64,000 nucleotides of DNA. Origin: an uncultured Chthonomonadaceae bacterium. GTDB taxonomy: Bacteria; Armatimonadota; Chthonomonadetes; Chthonomonadales; Chthonomonadaceae. The stretch spans positions 576,001-640,000 of the forward strand of contig CAWIEK010000049.1 in assembly GCA_963835065.1 (NCBI GenBank), in the 5' to 3' direction. This document shows, piece by piece, positions 1 to 10,182 of the stretch. The position numbers were made by a program, and so were the translations under genes. Below the pieces are notes generated by a model. The model was not told the DNA's origin, did not search any database, and worked only from the letters and a program-made list of their open reading frames with translations. The first letter of the stretch is position 1. Every line of letters starts with the position of its first letter.

Positions 1-526
1 GTACCTGCACCTGAATTACGGCCTGCATTGGTGCTTCAACGCCGTCACCGCGCCCGAACACGTTGCCGAAGCCGTGCTTGTACGCGCCTTGCAGCCACTT
101 GTCGGCGTGGAACTTATGCGCAGGCGGCGCGGTCTACCTGAAGAGGAACCTGTAAGCGACAGGGCAGACGCGGCTTTTCTTGCCAGACAAGTCGTAAAAA
201 CGGGCAACTTTTTATGCGGCGGGCCGGGCAAGTTGTCGGTGGCAATGGGCATTACGGCCTCGCTCAATACCCTTGATTTGACGGCGGGGCATACGCTCTG
301 GATTGCGCCGCCACTCGCGTCCGTCGGCTACGCTGTACCGGAACCTTTTACGCCTGCGGAAAGCGCAGAACAACAGGAAACCGTCCAACATTCCGAAAGC
401 GCGGCAAGTTCAGAGACTATACATTCTGAAAGTATTGTCGCTACAACGCGAATCGGGATAACCAAAGCCGCCGATTATCCCTGGCGCTTTTATGTTCGCA
501 ACGAACCTTACATCTCGAAAAAATGA
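1..526 (+). CDS. mpg: DNA-3-methyladenine glycosylase (MPG family), 5'-truncated by window edge
   Basis: Frame open from base 2: YLHLNYGLHWCFNAV...AVLVRALQP, GPGKL, TTRIGITKAADYPWRFY are typical MPG motifs. Confidence 0.9.
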   Translation, partial: YLHLNYGLHWCFNAVTAPEHVAEAVLVRALQPLVGVELMRRRRGLPEEEPVSDRADAAFLARQVVKTGNFLCGGPGKLSVAMGITASLNTLDLTAGHTLWIAPPLASVGYAVPEPFTPAESAEQQETVQHSESAASSETIHSESIVATTRIGITKAADYPWRFYVRNEPYISKK

Positions 527-547
527 TTCTGTGAAAAGACAACGCCT

Positions 548-1399
548 GTGACCGGACAAAACCTCTCTTACGCCCTGTTAGTTCCGCCCGCGTGGCTGGC
601 CGCTTTGCTGACCGGCTTATTTGCGCTGCTGGCGTGGAAACTGCGCTGGCTGACGGCGCGGGGCGCGGTTTCTACTTTCCTCGTCGGCTTTGGCATCTTC
701 TGGCTTGGCGGCGGCAAGGCCGTCGTGCCTCTGCTGGTGTTCTTTTTGTCCTCATCCCTGCTGTCCAAATGGAGCAAAGCCCGAGCCAAAGGGGATGATA
801 TTCATTCGGAAAAGGGCAGCGTCCGCGACGCGGGGCAGGTATGGGCGAATGGCGGCATGGCGGTTGCTATCGTCGTGCTGCATCGCCTGCTTGTGCTGCG
901 TGGCCTGCCCGCGTTTCGATTGGAGCAGTTGCCGACCCTGTTTCTCGCCGCCCTTGCCACCGTCAACGCTGATACGTGGGCTACGGAATTGGGCCGCTTG
1001 TCGGGCCAAAAACCCCGCTCCCTGCGCGACTGGAAACCCATTGCGCCCGGAACGTCGGGAGCGGTTTCCCTGGCAGGCACACTGGCGACGATGGCGGGCG
1101 CGGCGATTATTCCCCTGTCCGTGTATTGGTTTTGGCCCCTCAACCCGGCGCAATTCCTGTGCGTGTGCTGGGCGGGCATCATGGGCAGCCTGATTGACAG
1201 CCTGCTGGGAGCAAGCCTGCAAGTACAGTACCGCGACCCGGACAGCGGCGACCTGACGGAGCGCATCGAAGTCAACGGACGCATCACCAAGCGCGTTCGC
1301 GGCCTGCTCTGGATGAACAACGACTGGGTGAACTTCTTTGCCAGTTTGGGCGGCGTCCTCTGCGCCTACTACCTCCTCCACCACAGCCACCTTATGTGA
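548..1399 (+). CDS. DUF92/TMEM19 family membrane protein
   Basis: Hydrophobic; RDAGQVWANGG, ADTWATELG, GTSGAVSLAG, DSLLGASLQ, NNDWVNF motifs. Confidence 0.9.
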   Translation: MTGQNLSYALLVPPAWLAALLTGLFALLAWKLRWLTARGAVSTFLVGFGIFWLGGGKAVVPLLVFFLSSSLLSKWSKARAKGDDIHSEKGSVRDAGQVWANGGMAVAIVVLHRLLVLRGLPAFRLEQLPTLFLAALATVNADTWATELGRLSGQKPRSLRDWKPIAPGTSGAVSLAGTLATMAGAAIIPLSVYWFWPLNPAQFLCVCWAGIMGSLIDSLLGASLQVQYRDPDSGDLTERIEVNGRITKRVRGLLWMNNDWVNFFASLGGVLCAYYLLHHSHLM

Positions 1400-1587
1400 A
1401 TGAACCACCCGCTGCGCTAGAGACACAGAGACACAGAGAGGGAACACAGAGGGGAAAAGAAGAAAATAAACTCCTTTGCTTCCTTCGCCTCTTTGCGGTT
1501 CCGTTTCCTCTCCTTGTTCTCTTCGTCTTTTCTCGTATTGGCTTTTCCTCTGTGTCTCTGTGTCTCTAGCGCAGCGGGTGGTTCATT
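1399..1587. repeat. Palindromic element with 40-bp perfect terminal inverted repeats
   Basis: AATGAACCACCCGCTGCGCTAGAGACACAGAGACACAGAG at left and its exact reverse complement ending at 1587, between convergent genes. Confidence 0.9.
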
Positions 1588-1588
1588 T

Positions 1589-2380
1589 TTATTGTGTCGC
1601 GCCCATTTCGCGCAGCAGGTCCACGATTTCGGTGTGGTGGCGCACGAAGGCATGCATCAGGGGCGTCATGCCGTTGGAAGTGCGGGCGTTGACATCCGCG
1701 CCGTGCGCCAGCAGGGATTGTACGATTTCAAAATGACCGTGTTCCGCCGCCATCGCTAAGGGCGTCCAGCCATTTTTGTCGGCAAGGTTCACGTCCGCGC
1801 GCTTTTCAAGCAGGAGCAGGGCGATCTGTTTCTGGTCGGCCTCAATCGCTTTGAGCAGGGGCGTTTTGCCGAACGTGCTATCCCGCGCGTTGATGTCGGC
1901 TTTGCCGTCAATCAATAGCCGGGCGGTTTTGGCATGGCCTTCTTCCACAGCGATATGCAGCGCGGTTTCGCCGTACCCATCGCGCTTGTTTACATCCACG
2001 CCGCGCTTCAGCATGGATTTAATCGCGCCCTCATCCCCTTTTTGCGCGGCCTGAAACCATTCGTTTTTGGTTTCCGCTTCGCTGCGCGCAGGCGACAGGT
2101 CTTTGACGGCCCCTATTTCCTTACCGTCCTTGATTTTGCCGCCCTCCTGCATCTGCGCGTGAAGGCGCTGTCCGAGTTCCTGGTCAATGTCCCAGTATTC
2201 TTTACAATGCGGGCAGCCGACAACATACGTTTTTTTCATGGTGGCGATGGGCAGCAGGTAGACCGTCGCTTTTTTCGACGCCCAATACAGGCCGCCGTCG
2301 CGCTTGTGGCACAGCGGACACTCCGTGCCGGTCTTGGCGATCAACTCAAAATCGCTTTTCTGTCCAAAAAGAAAGAGCAA
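1589..2380 (-). CDS. Zinc-ribbon (two CxxC) plus ankyrin-repeat protein
   Basis: CPLC...CPHC N-terminal ribbon; ankyrin repeats GETALHIA, GKTPLLKA, GWTPLAMA, GMTPLMHA; TTG start at 2380 chosen from upstream GGGAGG. Confidence 0.85.
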   Translation of the reverse strand: MLFLFGQKSDFELIAKTGTECPLCHKRDGGLYWASKKATVYLLPIATMKKTYVVGCPHCKEYWDIDQELGQRLHAQMQEGGKIKDGKEIGAVKDLSPARSEAETKNEWFQAAQKGDEGAIKSMLKRGVDVNKRDGYGETALHIAVEEGHAKTARLLIDGKADINARDSTFGKTPLLKAIEADQKQIALLLLEKRADVNLADKNGWTPLAMAAEHGHFEIVQSLLAHGADVNARTSNGMTPLMHAFVRHHTEIVDLLREMGATQ

Positions 2381-2754
2381 GGCGTCCTCCCGGCATAGCA
2401 GTACGTATAGAGCAGAACATATAGAAGAGTAATACGCAAGAGAACGGCGTATTTCCTGCCTGGGCTGAATATCAAATGCTGACGCAATCGGCGCTTTTGC
2501 CTGCCATGCCCCTGTCACGTCTTTTAGAGCGTTGCGTTTCTATAGATTACAGAGCGTGATGGGGCGCATTGCCTGCGAAAAGTGCCGGATAAGTGCCAAC
2601 AGTATGGCGTTTGGGGAACAAACTTCGCAAATGCATCGTCCTCTAAGGGATAAACGTTGTACATTAAGAGGTTGGAGCCGGAATGTCGTGAAGCGTTCGC
2701 CCAACCTGACACACATAATACGACGAACACATTTGTGTTCGGGGAGCAAACGAA

Positions 2755-3096
2755 ATGAATACGAACAAAGGCGTGTTGGCAGTGGGCGCGTTGATTGCGT
2801 TTATGGGAACGTCCCTGATGGCCCCGATGATGGCGCGGGCCAGTGAAGAAGGCAAGCGCAACACCACGTGGGGCTTGGGCGCGGGCGCGGCAGCCCTGCT
2901 GCTGACCCAAAAGAACAAGATTCCGGGCGCATTGGTCGGCGCGGGCGCGCTGTATTCGGGCATTTCCCTGAACAATGACATCAACAAGCGCCATCAGCGC
3001 GAACGCGAACGAGCGCGGCAGCAGGCGTACCGCAGAGGTTATCGCAACGGCAGGTCTACCGCCCGCGCGCACCGAACGTACCACAGGGATCACTAA
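2755..3096 (+). CDS. Small secreted/membrane hypothetical protein with Gly/Ala-rich hydrophobic segments and basic tail
   Basis: GGGGAG RBS upstream, signal-peptide-like N-terminus, followed by terminator. Confidence 0.7.
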   Translation: MNTNKGVLAVGALIAFMGTSLMAPMMARASEEGKRNTTWGLGAGAAALLLTQKNKIPGALVGAGALYSGISLNNDINKRHQRERERARQQAYRRGYRNGRSTARAHRTYHRDH

Positions 3097-3143
3097 AATT
3101 GACGTTTTCCGGCAGGAAACTCCTGCTTTACAGGGTGAACTTT

Positions 3144-3182
3144 ACAGGAGCCAATCTGAATTTCAGATTGGCTCCTGTTTTA
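3144..3182. terminator. Intrinsic terminator, probably bidirectional
   Basis: ACAGGAGCCAATCTGAA / TTCAGATTGGCTCCTGT stem followed by T run, between convergent genes. Confidence 0.8.
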
Positions 3183-3235
3183 TACCTGATTGGGCGCAGT
3201 TCGCCAGTCACCAGCCACTAATCACCAATCACTTC

Positions 3236-4219
3236 TCACGCTCTTGGATGGCACTTTCGGTACACGTCCTTGAGCCGCTCGTTGGTGACGTGGGTGTAAA
3301 TTTCCGTGCTGGAAATGCTTTTGTGGCCCATCAATTCCTGAATAGTGCGAAGGTCGGCTCCATGCGCCAGCAGATGCGTGGCGAACGAGTGGCGCAAAAC
3401 GTGAGGCGTGACATTTTCCGTCAATTCGGCTTTGGCGGCGTTGGCTTTCACGATGTCGCGGATGGCCTGCCGCGAAATGGGGCCACCCTTGCGACTCGGA
3501 AACAAAAAAGGGCTGCGCGCTTCCGCTAAGGTCGGGCCTTCATTTTTGGGAACGCGCCGCCCGCGCTTCTTGGGTGGGGCCGGTTTGGGCGATTCCAGTC
3601 CCTGCTCCTGCGCCTTGACCAGCATTTTGCGCTGATCCAAATACAGAGCCACGTACTCGCATGCCACTTTACCGACGGGAACCATGCGCTCGCGCCGTCC
3701 CTTGCCGTAACATTTGAGAGTGTGGCCTTCCAAATCCAGATCGTCTATGGACAGGCCGCATAATTCCGAGACCCGCAAGCCCGTCGCGTACAGCAGTTCA
3801 CACGCGGCTTTATCGCGCAGGGAGCGGGGATGGCCGGGGTCGGGCTGACTGAGCAGGCGCTTTACTTTGGCGACGGACAGGGTGCGCGGCAGGGGCCTGG
3901 GATGCTTGCGCCCCCGAATACCCGCCATAAAATCGTCCCTGCGCATGTCATCAATCACGAGAAACTTGGAAAAACTATGCAGCGAATTGATTTTGCGGCT
4001 AATCGAGGCGTCCCGCAACCCCCTGCCGTCCAGTTGCGCGATATAGGCCAGCGCGTGTGACTCGATAAGATCGCCCGGTTCCCGTGCCCCCCGCTGCATA
4101 GCAATCAGCAGAAAATCTTCCACGTCCTGCCGATACGCCCGCGATGTATTGGGCGTAACGCCCCGCTCCGCATCCAAATACGTGGCATAACGCGCCAGAA
4201 TGGTTTGAAAATCAGGCAT
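3236..4219 (-). CDS. xerD: Site-specific tyrosine recombinase, XerD-like
   Basis: LYATGLRVSEL, GKGRRER, TPHVLRHSFATHLL, GADLRTIQELMGH, TEIYTHV...HPRA; catalytic residues intact. Confidence 0.85.
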   Translation of the reverse strand: MPDFQTILARYATYLDAERGVTPNTSRAYRQDVEDFLLIAMQRGAREPGDLIESHALAYIAQLDGRGLRDASISRKINSLHSFSKFLVIDDMRRDDFMAGIRGRKHPRPLPRTLSVAKVKRLLSQPDPGHPRSLRDKAACELLYATGLRVSELCGLSIDDLDLEGHTLKCYGKGRRERMVPVGKVACEYVALYLDQRKMLVKAQEQGLESPKPAPPKKRGRRVPKNEGPTLAEARSPFLFPSRKGGPISRQAIRDIVKANAAKAELTENVTPHVLRHSFATHLLAHGADLRTIQELMGHKSISSTEIYTHVTNERLKDVYRKCHPRA

Positions 4220-4227
4220 GTGTTCTT

Positions 4228-4320
4228 TCAGGTGTCAGGTGTCAGGTGTCAGGTGTCAGGAACTCCCGTTCGCATCAACTTTACCGTGCAAGCGGTGAAT
4301 TTCCCTGACACCTGACACCT
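4228..4320. repeat. Inverted pair of heptamer arrays (CAGGTGT)n ... (ACACCTG)n
   Basis: Read directly between xerD start and sseB-like stop. Confidence 0.85.
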
Positions 4321-5119
4321 ACAAAAGCGTTTCGCCCTTCTCACGTATCGTCTGACTCAGTTCGTTGTCGGTGAGCGGGAGAATGTCGAGCAGGGAGTTT
4401 TCGGGACGGGCGGCTTTCCAGAGCGGCAGGATTTGATCGCCGATAGCGCGAATCAAACCGGCGTCATGGGGCGCGACGGCAAGGCCAAGATGCGGGATGC
4501 CGCCCGCGAAGGCCAGCCAGAACCAGTAAACTTCCTGAGCTCCCGACTGCTGCGCAACGGCGCGCATGGCGTTCAGCGTTTCCTCATCGGGACGCTGTTC
4601 GGGCATGCCAACGACGGCGATGGTTTCGCGGTTGAGCAGCAATTCCTCATCGTTGCCGGGCAGCAGTTTTTCGGCTACCATCTGATATTCCACCGGAGCC
4701 AGCGCGTAACTGACCGGCCCGCCCGCGTTGAGCAGCACGGCGCGAAAGTTGCCCTGCCGAGCAAACCGGCACAGGTCGGTGGCGGCAATCGCCGCGTAGC
4801 CCAGATTTTGGACGGGCGGAAATTGCCGGTAAGCGTCCATGTCCGTAAACCCGGCCAGCATCTGCCCGTCCCGATTTTCCAGCACGGCGATTTGCACATT
4901 GGCCTGGCGACCTGCGCGGGGCGCGGGAGCGGGTTCGCGTATGGGCACAAGCAGCGTAGCCGTTTGCAGTTCGCTGAGAAGGGCAAGCCGCGCGTCTTCG
5001 GGCGCATGTTGTCCCTGTTCCAGCAGGGCGCGGAGCCGGGGATTGGCAGGCGCGACGGGCGCGAGGGCGGGCGATTTCGGACGGTTCGTAGCATTGTGCT
5101 TTAGAGCGTTGCGGTTCAT
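4319..5119 (-). CDS. SseB family protein (N and C domains)
   Basis: LLVP...MLAGFTD...VLLN pattern of SseB N-domain; C-domain VYWFW...HLGLAV. Confidence 0.7.
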   Translation of the reverse strand: MNRNALKHNATNRPKSPALAPVAPANPRLRALLEQGQHAPEDARLALLSELQTATLLVPIREPAPAPRAGRQANVQIAVLENRDGQMLAGFTDMDAYRQFPPVQNLGYAAIAATDLCRFARQGNFRAVLLNAGGPVSYALAPVEYQMVAEKLLPGNDEELLLNRETIAVVGMPEQRPDEETLNAMRAVAQQSGAQEVYWFWLAFAGGIPHLGLAVAPHDAGLIRAIGDQILPLWKAARPENSLLDILPLTDNELSQTIREKGETLL

Positions 5120-5200
5120 GGCGTTTCGGGTGTTCCTTGCAGCGTAGTGTCAACAGCATACCCCAAAATACGCCGCCAAAACAGCAATGCCGGAACGCGG

Positions 5201-5229
5201 TTGACACGTGTCGGCAATGCTGTTATACT
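5201..5229 (+). promoter_or_regulatory. Sigma70-type promoter
   Basis: TTGACA-N17-TATACT with extended TG, upstream of ankyrin gene. Confidence 0.75.
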
Positions 5230-5331
5230 TATGCCGGCGCGGTTATTTATTTCTTGGCCTCAATTAGCCGAACGCTGTGGTTCCGCCTGATATTCGCGCT
5301 TCCATTTTCCTCCCCCCATGAGGACACTTAC

Positions 5332-6877
5332 ATGCCCGCAAAACGCGCCGGTCGCCTCGCCTACGCCCTGTTTTCCCTGGTGCTGCTCGGCATCATCGGA
5401 CGAAACGTTTATCAACGCAGCCTCAACGCGCGCCTGATTGCCGCTGTGGAAACGAGGAATGTGGCTGCCGTTCGCGCCCTGCTGGAGCGAGGGGCTGACC
5501 CCGACAGCCGTACGCCTGTCCCGGCGCGGTCCTCAACCGGAGCGCCGGCGTTAAACCTGGTAATGGGCACAGGCGCGACTGCTACACCTGATGAAGAAGC
5601 GATAGCCTGCCTGCTGATACAGCACGGCGCATCAATCACAAAACTAAACGGCGGCGAGTACCTGCCCACTGCCTGCGCGAGCGGCAGCATCGCGGTTGTG
5701 CGCTGCCTGCTGGAACACGGCGCAAATCCAACTTTGCCGGACTCCTCCAAGCGCACTCCTCTGAACTTAGCGATTGATTACTCGGCCCCGGCCCCCTATT
5801 TAGCCTCCGCTCAACAAGAAGCAACGCGGCAGCAGCGTCGCCCTGTCAGCCGCGAGATGGCGCGGTTGCTGTGCGAACGCGGCGCGCGTGTGAATATGTG
5901 GCAGGCGGCCCTCGTAGATGATACGGACTCCCTGCGCGGCAATCTCGATATGGGTACGCCCGTAGAACTCTCCGCAGCCCAGCCCCAACTTCAACGGTTC
6001 GTACAAAGGCCCAACGGCGCTCACGTTGGCGGCGCAGGCGGGCAGTACCAATGCCGTCCTCATGCTGCTCGAATATGGCGCCAACATCAATTCTGTGACT
6101 GATTTCCCGTACACGCCCTTAACGGGCGCAATCGCAGGCAAGCAAATCGAAATCGCCCGTTTGCTGCTGAACCGGGGAGCCAACGTCAACATTCCTGCGG
6201 CAACATCGAACTCGCCGATCCTCGTGGCTTGCGCTTCGATGCCGCAATTAGTGCCGGACTTGCTGCGGCATGGGGCAAAATTGGGAACGTGGGGCGATTG
6301 GGCTTTGAGCGCGGCGCTGCAAAACAAACATCCTGAACTGGTGACGCCGTTATTGAAGGAGATAGAGCGTCAGGGCAGCAAGCCGGGATGGGGCGCTTTG
6401 AAAGCAGCACTTGAGTTTCGGCCCGATCTCGTTCCCATCTTGCTTGCGCGCGGAGCCAGTGTACACGAAACCCCCTCCCAGCCGAATAGCCGTCTGATGG
6501 GGGATAGCCTGCTCTGGTACGCTCTTCATTTTGGACACAAGGATTTGATTGTGCCGCTTTTGGGCGCGGGCGCGAATGTCAATGCCCACCATGGTGATAC
6601 CACGCCCCTTGTGGAAGCGCTGGGGCAGGGCGCGGAAACCGTCAAGCTGCTGCTGGACAGGGGCGCGGATCCGAACGCGATTGTCGGAGCCGGGCAAACG
6701 CCCCTGATCCTGGCGGCGCAGACGGGCAATGTAGAAGCGACTCGGCTGCTGCTGGAACATGGAGCCAAAGTGGATGGCGAAGGCAGATTCCGGCATACCC
6801 CACTCTACTTTGCGCGCCGACACAAACAGTCCGAAATCGTCGCGTTGCTGGAACAAGCGGGCGGACACGAGCGCTAA
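5332..6877 (+). CDS. Membrane-anchored ankyrin-repeat protein, split by a +1 frameshift near 5970
   Basis: GAGGA RBS + ATG 5332, TM helix, ankyrin repeats in ORF 5137..6102 continuing in ORF 6026..6877 (GPTALTLAAQAG lies upstream in the second frame). Confidence 0.8.
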
Positions 6878-6907
6878 TGCCAGCCAACTTAGAATCTATG
6901 CCGATTG

Positions 6908-6992
6908 GCCGGGGATTGAAAATCCCCGGCAGGAAAGTGCAAGCGTCCTGCGGACGCGGGAGTCTTTGTACAGAGTTGCGTCTCACGGACGC
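6908..6992. repeat. REP-like element, partial copy of 35863..35992
   Basis: CCGGGGATT-GAA-AATCCCCGG hairpin + GCGTCCTGCGGACGC hairpin; matches the reverse complement of the right part of the 35.9 kb element. Confidence 0.85.
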
Positions 6993-7041
6993 AATGCCGA
7001 TGCGGACGCAAATGCCGCTTTGTTATCAGGAATGCGCAGTG

Positions 7042-7842
7042 TTAGTGAAACAGCAGGGTGTCCAGTCCGCGTACCAATCCTGTAATCTGCATCACTTCAC
7101 GAACCGCCAGCAGCGTGCCGCCGACATAGGGTTCCGCGCCCCCGCCCGCATCGTGGCGAATCGTCAGCCGCTCGTCGGGCAGGCCGAAGATGGTTTCAAA
7201 CGCAAGGGTATAACTCGGCAGGCGCAGGGAATGTATTTGTGTGCCGCCTACCCTTGCGCCCCGCGCTTCTTTCGCGCCAAACGTTTGCTCAACCGGATAT
7301 TCAATGGTGTTCTGCGCTACGCCTTGCAGAGCTTCGGCCAATTCCCGGACGGTTCCGCAGGGCGCGTCCGGCTTGGTGGCATGGGCGTAGTCAATGATTT
7401 CCCATGAAGGAAGATGTTTGGCTGCCAGCAGCGCGCAGTGTTTGGCAAGCGCGGCGGTGATAGCAAAATTCCCCGCCGCGATCACGCCCAACCCCTGTGT
7501 CACAGCGTGGGCTTCGATGTCCGCATAATCCGCCGCTGTCAGCCCGGACGTGCCGATCACGACGCGCAGGCCATTGTCGAGCGCTTCCAGTACGCGCGCC
7601 TTGACGGTATCGGGCGCGGTGTAGTCAATCAGCACGTCGGATGGGACGCGCAGGGCTTCCGCAAGCGTCGCCACAATGGGCAGGCCAATGGGAGGCAGTC
7701 CCAGCGCTTCCCCCATGTCGCGCCCATACGGGTGGCGCGAAATCGCTCCCGTCAGTTCAAACTCTGGAGATTAAATCAGGTGGCGCGTCACTGCGCTACC
7801 CGTCCAGCCCGTCGCGCCCGCAACAACCACGCGAATAGCCAT
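7042..7842 (-). pseudogene. dapB: 4-hydroxy-tetrahydrodipicolinate reductase with in-frame TAA at codon 24
   Basis: MAIRVVVAGATGWTG...LI*SPEFELTGAI..., then VIGTSG, AGNFAI, EIIDYAHATKPDAPCGT, IHSLRLP; stop at 7771-7773. Confidence 0.8.
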
Positions 7843-7997
7843 GTGTTTTCTCCCGGCATCCTGGCCGACCACGATTAGTAGGTTTTAAACCCTATTTCCC
7901 TGTAAATACATCGGCAGCTTGGCCCAACAACATATTTCAGAGAAGTGATGTATGGTTATAACAATCCAAACGCGGGCAGAGTTCCTGAATTTGCGGG

Positions 7998-8831
7998 CTA
8001 TTTGGCAAGAATTGCGCCAGGCGGCGGTTTTGTGCTGAACGTGGAAGCAGGCAGATGCGGATTGAATTTCCAGTCGCCATATTCTACGCGCTCATATTCC
8101 GTGCGCTTGCCGTCTGGGCCTGGGTCGAACAATGACCAGCGTATCAGTTCGCCCGTATCTTTGGCAAAGTACAACACTTCGTCATCCTCGTGCGCTTTGG
8201 GTTGGCGGGCAAGAGTAATGTCGCGGATGTATACGACAACGGGCGTCAGGCCAATCGTTTCATCGGGCGCGGGCACAAAATCCGCCAGCGCGTTCGTGAC
8301 AAGAGCGGCATCGGGAATAATACGCTGCAGCGATTCAGCATCTGACTCGCGGTACGTTGGGAAGGTGGGCTTGACGTAGTAAATCGCTTCGCCAACGCGG
8401 GTAGAAAGCAGCGTCAGACGCGATTTGCCATCGGAGATGCTGGCGGATTCCATACAGCCCATATAAGTTATGTGGAGGCCGGATGGCGTTTGTGTTTCCC
8501 ATTTTTCACACGGCGTAACATGCACGGCGAACAAGTTCGGCCTGCGAATTTGAACATCGAACATCTGACCGGCGTGGATTTTGTCCACATCATCCGGCCT
8601 GTGAAACCAAATCTGCGCTCGAAATGACAGAGTTTTGGCCGCGTCGCGCTGTTTGAGAAAGCGGGCAATGGCGGGCGGAACGTTGTCGGGTATTTTGCCC
8701 GTTGGCGGCGTTCGCAAGGCGGGTGCAGCAGGCGGCGTAGCGGGCGTTTGTGTTGCCTGCTGCGCGTCTCCTGTCTGTGCCAGCAGCGTCAGGCCGACCA
8801 AAATTCCTGCTGCGAAGAGTTGTAGTGTCAT
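7998..8831 (-). CDS. Secreted hypothetical protein, LolA/DUF2092-like fold
   Basis: Signal peptide; QIRRPNLF, SDGK and C-terminal WKFNPHLPASTFSTKPPPGA. Confidence 0.6.
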   Translation of the reverse strand: MTLQLFAAGILVGLTLLAQTGDAQQATQTPATPPAAPALRTPPTGKIPDNVPPAIARFLKQRDAAKTLSFRAQIWFHRPDDVDKIHAGQMFDVQIRRPNLFAVHVTPCEKWETQTPSGLHITYMGCMESASISDGKSRLTLLSTRVGEAIYYVKPTFPTYRESDAESLQRIIPDAALVTNALADFVPAPDETIGLTPVVVYIRDITLARQPKAHEDDEVLYFAKDTGELIRWSLFDPGPDGKRTEYERVEYGDWKFNPHLPASTFSTKPPPGAILAK

Positions 8832-8875
8832 GGCGTTCTCCTGTGGTTTAGGATAGTTGGTATGTGCGGGCTAAT

Positions 8876-10084
8876 TTATGCCGGGGCAGTACGGTACACG
8901 CTTCTGATTAGGGTTACGTCGCGCATTGGCGGGGGTTCCGGGTTGGGCGACTGGGTTTGATTGCGTTCCAATAAGGTGTTCAGCGCGTCCGTGTGCGCGT
9001 CGTGTTTGGTATCGAGGGCGAGGTACAGCAGGCGCGTATTGGTTTCCAGAGCGGCGCGAAGGGCGGCGCGTCCCGCAAGGCCGATGCCGTTGCCGCGCAG
9101 GTTCAGGCGGCGCAAAGGCGGGTTCGTGGTCAGCCAATCGGCAAGCAGAACTGCGCCTGCATCGCCGATGTGGTTTGCCTGCGCGCCTAAAATCTGCGTG
9201 GACGCGCTGTAGCCCAAATCAAGAACCGTGAGCGCGGGATGGGCGTGAAGCGCGGGCATTAAAGCGGCAATCCCCGCTGCGCCGATATGGTTGCTGCCGA
9301 TTCCGAGTTCTTCCAGCGTGTCGTTGTGCCGCAGTCCCTCAGCAAGAGACGCCGCGCCCTCATCCTCCAAATGGTTCACATTAAGCAGCAAGGCTTTCAA
9401 ATGGGGATTGAAGCGCAGCAGCATTGCCAACTGCTTTGCGCCCTGCGCCGTAATGCGATTTCCGCCAAGATAAAGACGTTCTATAGCGCAGTTATGATGC
9501 GTCAGAGCATCCATTAGCAGGGACAGGCCCTCCTCGCCGGGTTCCGTATTGACCAGATCGAGAACGCGCAGGGTAGTGTTGTGGCGCAGCATGTGGGCAA
9601 TAGGCCGGACGCCTGCCGCGCCCAGATGATTACGTTTCAGCCACAGCCCGGTCACGGACGTATTATGCGTCAGCGACTCGACCAACCTTGCCGCGCCGAT
9701 TTCCCCGATAAAGTTGCAGCCCAGGTACACGATTTCCAGATATGAATTCCGCTCTATGAGCCGCGCCACATCGGACGCGCCGCCATCCCCGATGCCGTCC
9801 GTGCCGAGCAGCAGGCTGGAAATAGTCGTATTATCGGCAAGCGCGTCCGTGACCAGGCGGCAGCCCAACGCGCCCAGGCTTTGCTTGCACAAGTCCAGCC
9901 GCCCGTCTGCCAAAATCGTGCCGCGAGGAAACACAGTGGGCGCGTCAACCGCATGATTGGCCTGTAAATGCGCGACAAGCGGCGCAATCTCCTCCAAATC
10001 CGGCGGCGCAACCTCAATCACGCCCCGAATCGGACAGTGAATACGCACCGGTTCATTTTGCAGGTTGTCCAGAGAGGTTCGCAT
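8876..10084 (-). CDS. Leucine-rich repeat protein (RNase-inhibitor/RanGAP/GALA-like repeats)
   Basis: Repeated LxLxxNxIGxxGAxxL units of about 28 aa. Confidence 0.9.
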   Translation of the reverse strand: MRTSLDNLQNEPVRIHCPIRGVIEVAPPDLEEIAPLVAHLQANHAVDAPTVFPRGTILADGRLDLCKQSLGALGCRLVTDALADNTTISSLLLGTDGIGDGGASDVARLIERNSYLEIVYLGCNFIGEIGAARLVESLTHNTSVTGLWLKRNHLGAAGVRPIAHMLRHNTTLRVLDLVNTEPGEEGLSLLMDALTHHNCAIERLYLGGNRITAQGAKQLAMLLRFNPHLKALLLNVNHLEDEGAASLAEGLRHNDTLEELGIGSNHIGAAGIAALMPALHAHPALTVLDLGYSASTQILGAQANHIGDAGAVLLADWLTTNPPLRRLNLRGNGIGLAGRAALRAALETNTRLLYLALDTKHDAHTDALNTLLERNQTQSPNPEPPPMRDVTLIRSVYRTAPA

Positions 10085-10182
10085 TGTTAAATCCCATGTT
10101 AGATAGCAGGTTTATATCTTCTATCTTCTATCTTCTGCCTTCTGTCTTCTGCCTTCTGTCTTCTGCCTTCTTCCCAATTGCC

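Noticed and set aside
3236..4219. Integrase marking a prophage or genomic island
   Set aside because: Sequence fits chromosomal XerD (HPRA end); no att repeats or phage genes seen
7771..7773. Stop-codon reassignment or selenocysteine/pyrrolysine
   Set aside because: The codon is TAA, which terminates many other genes in the window; single occurrence
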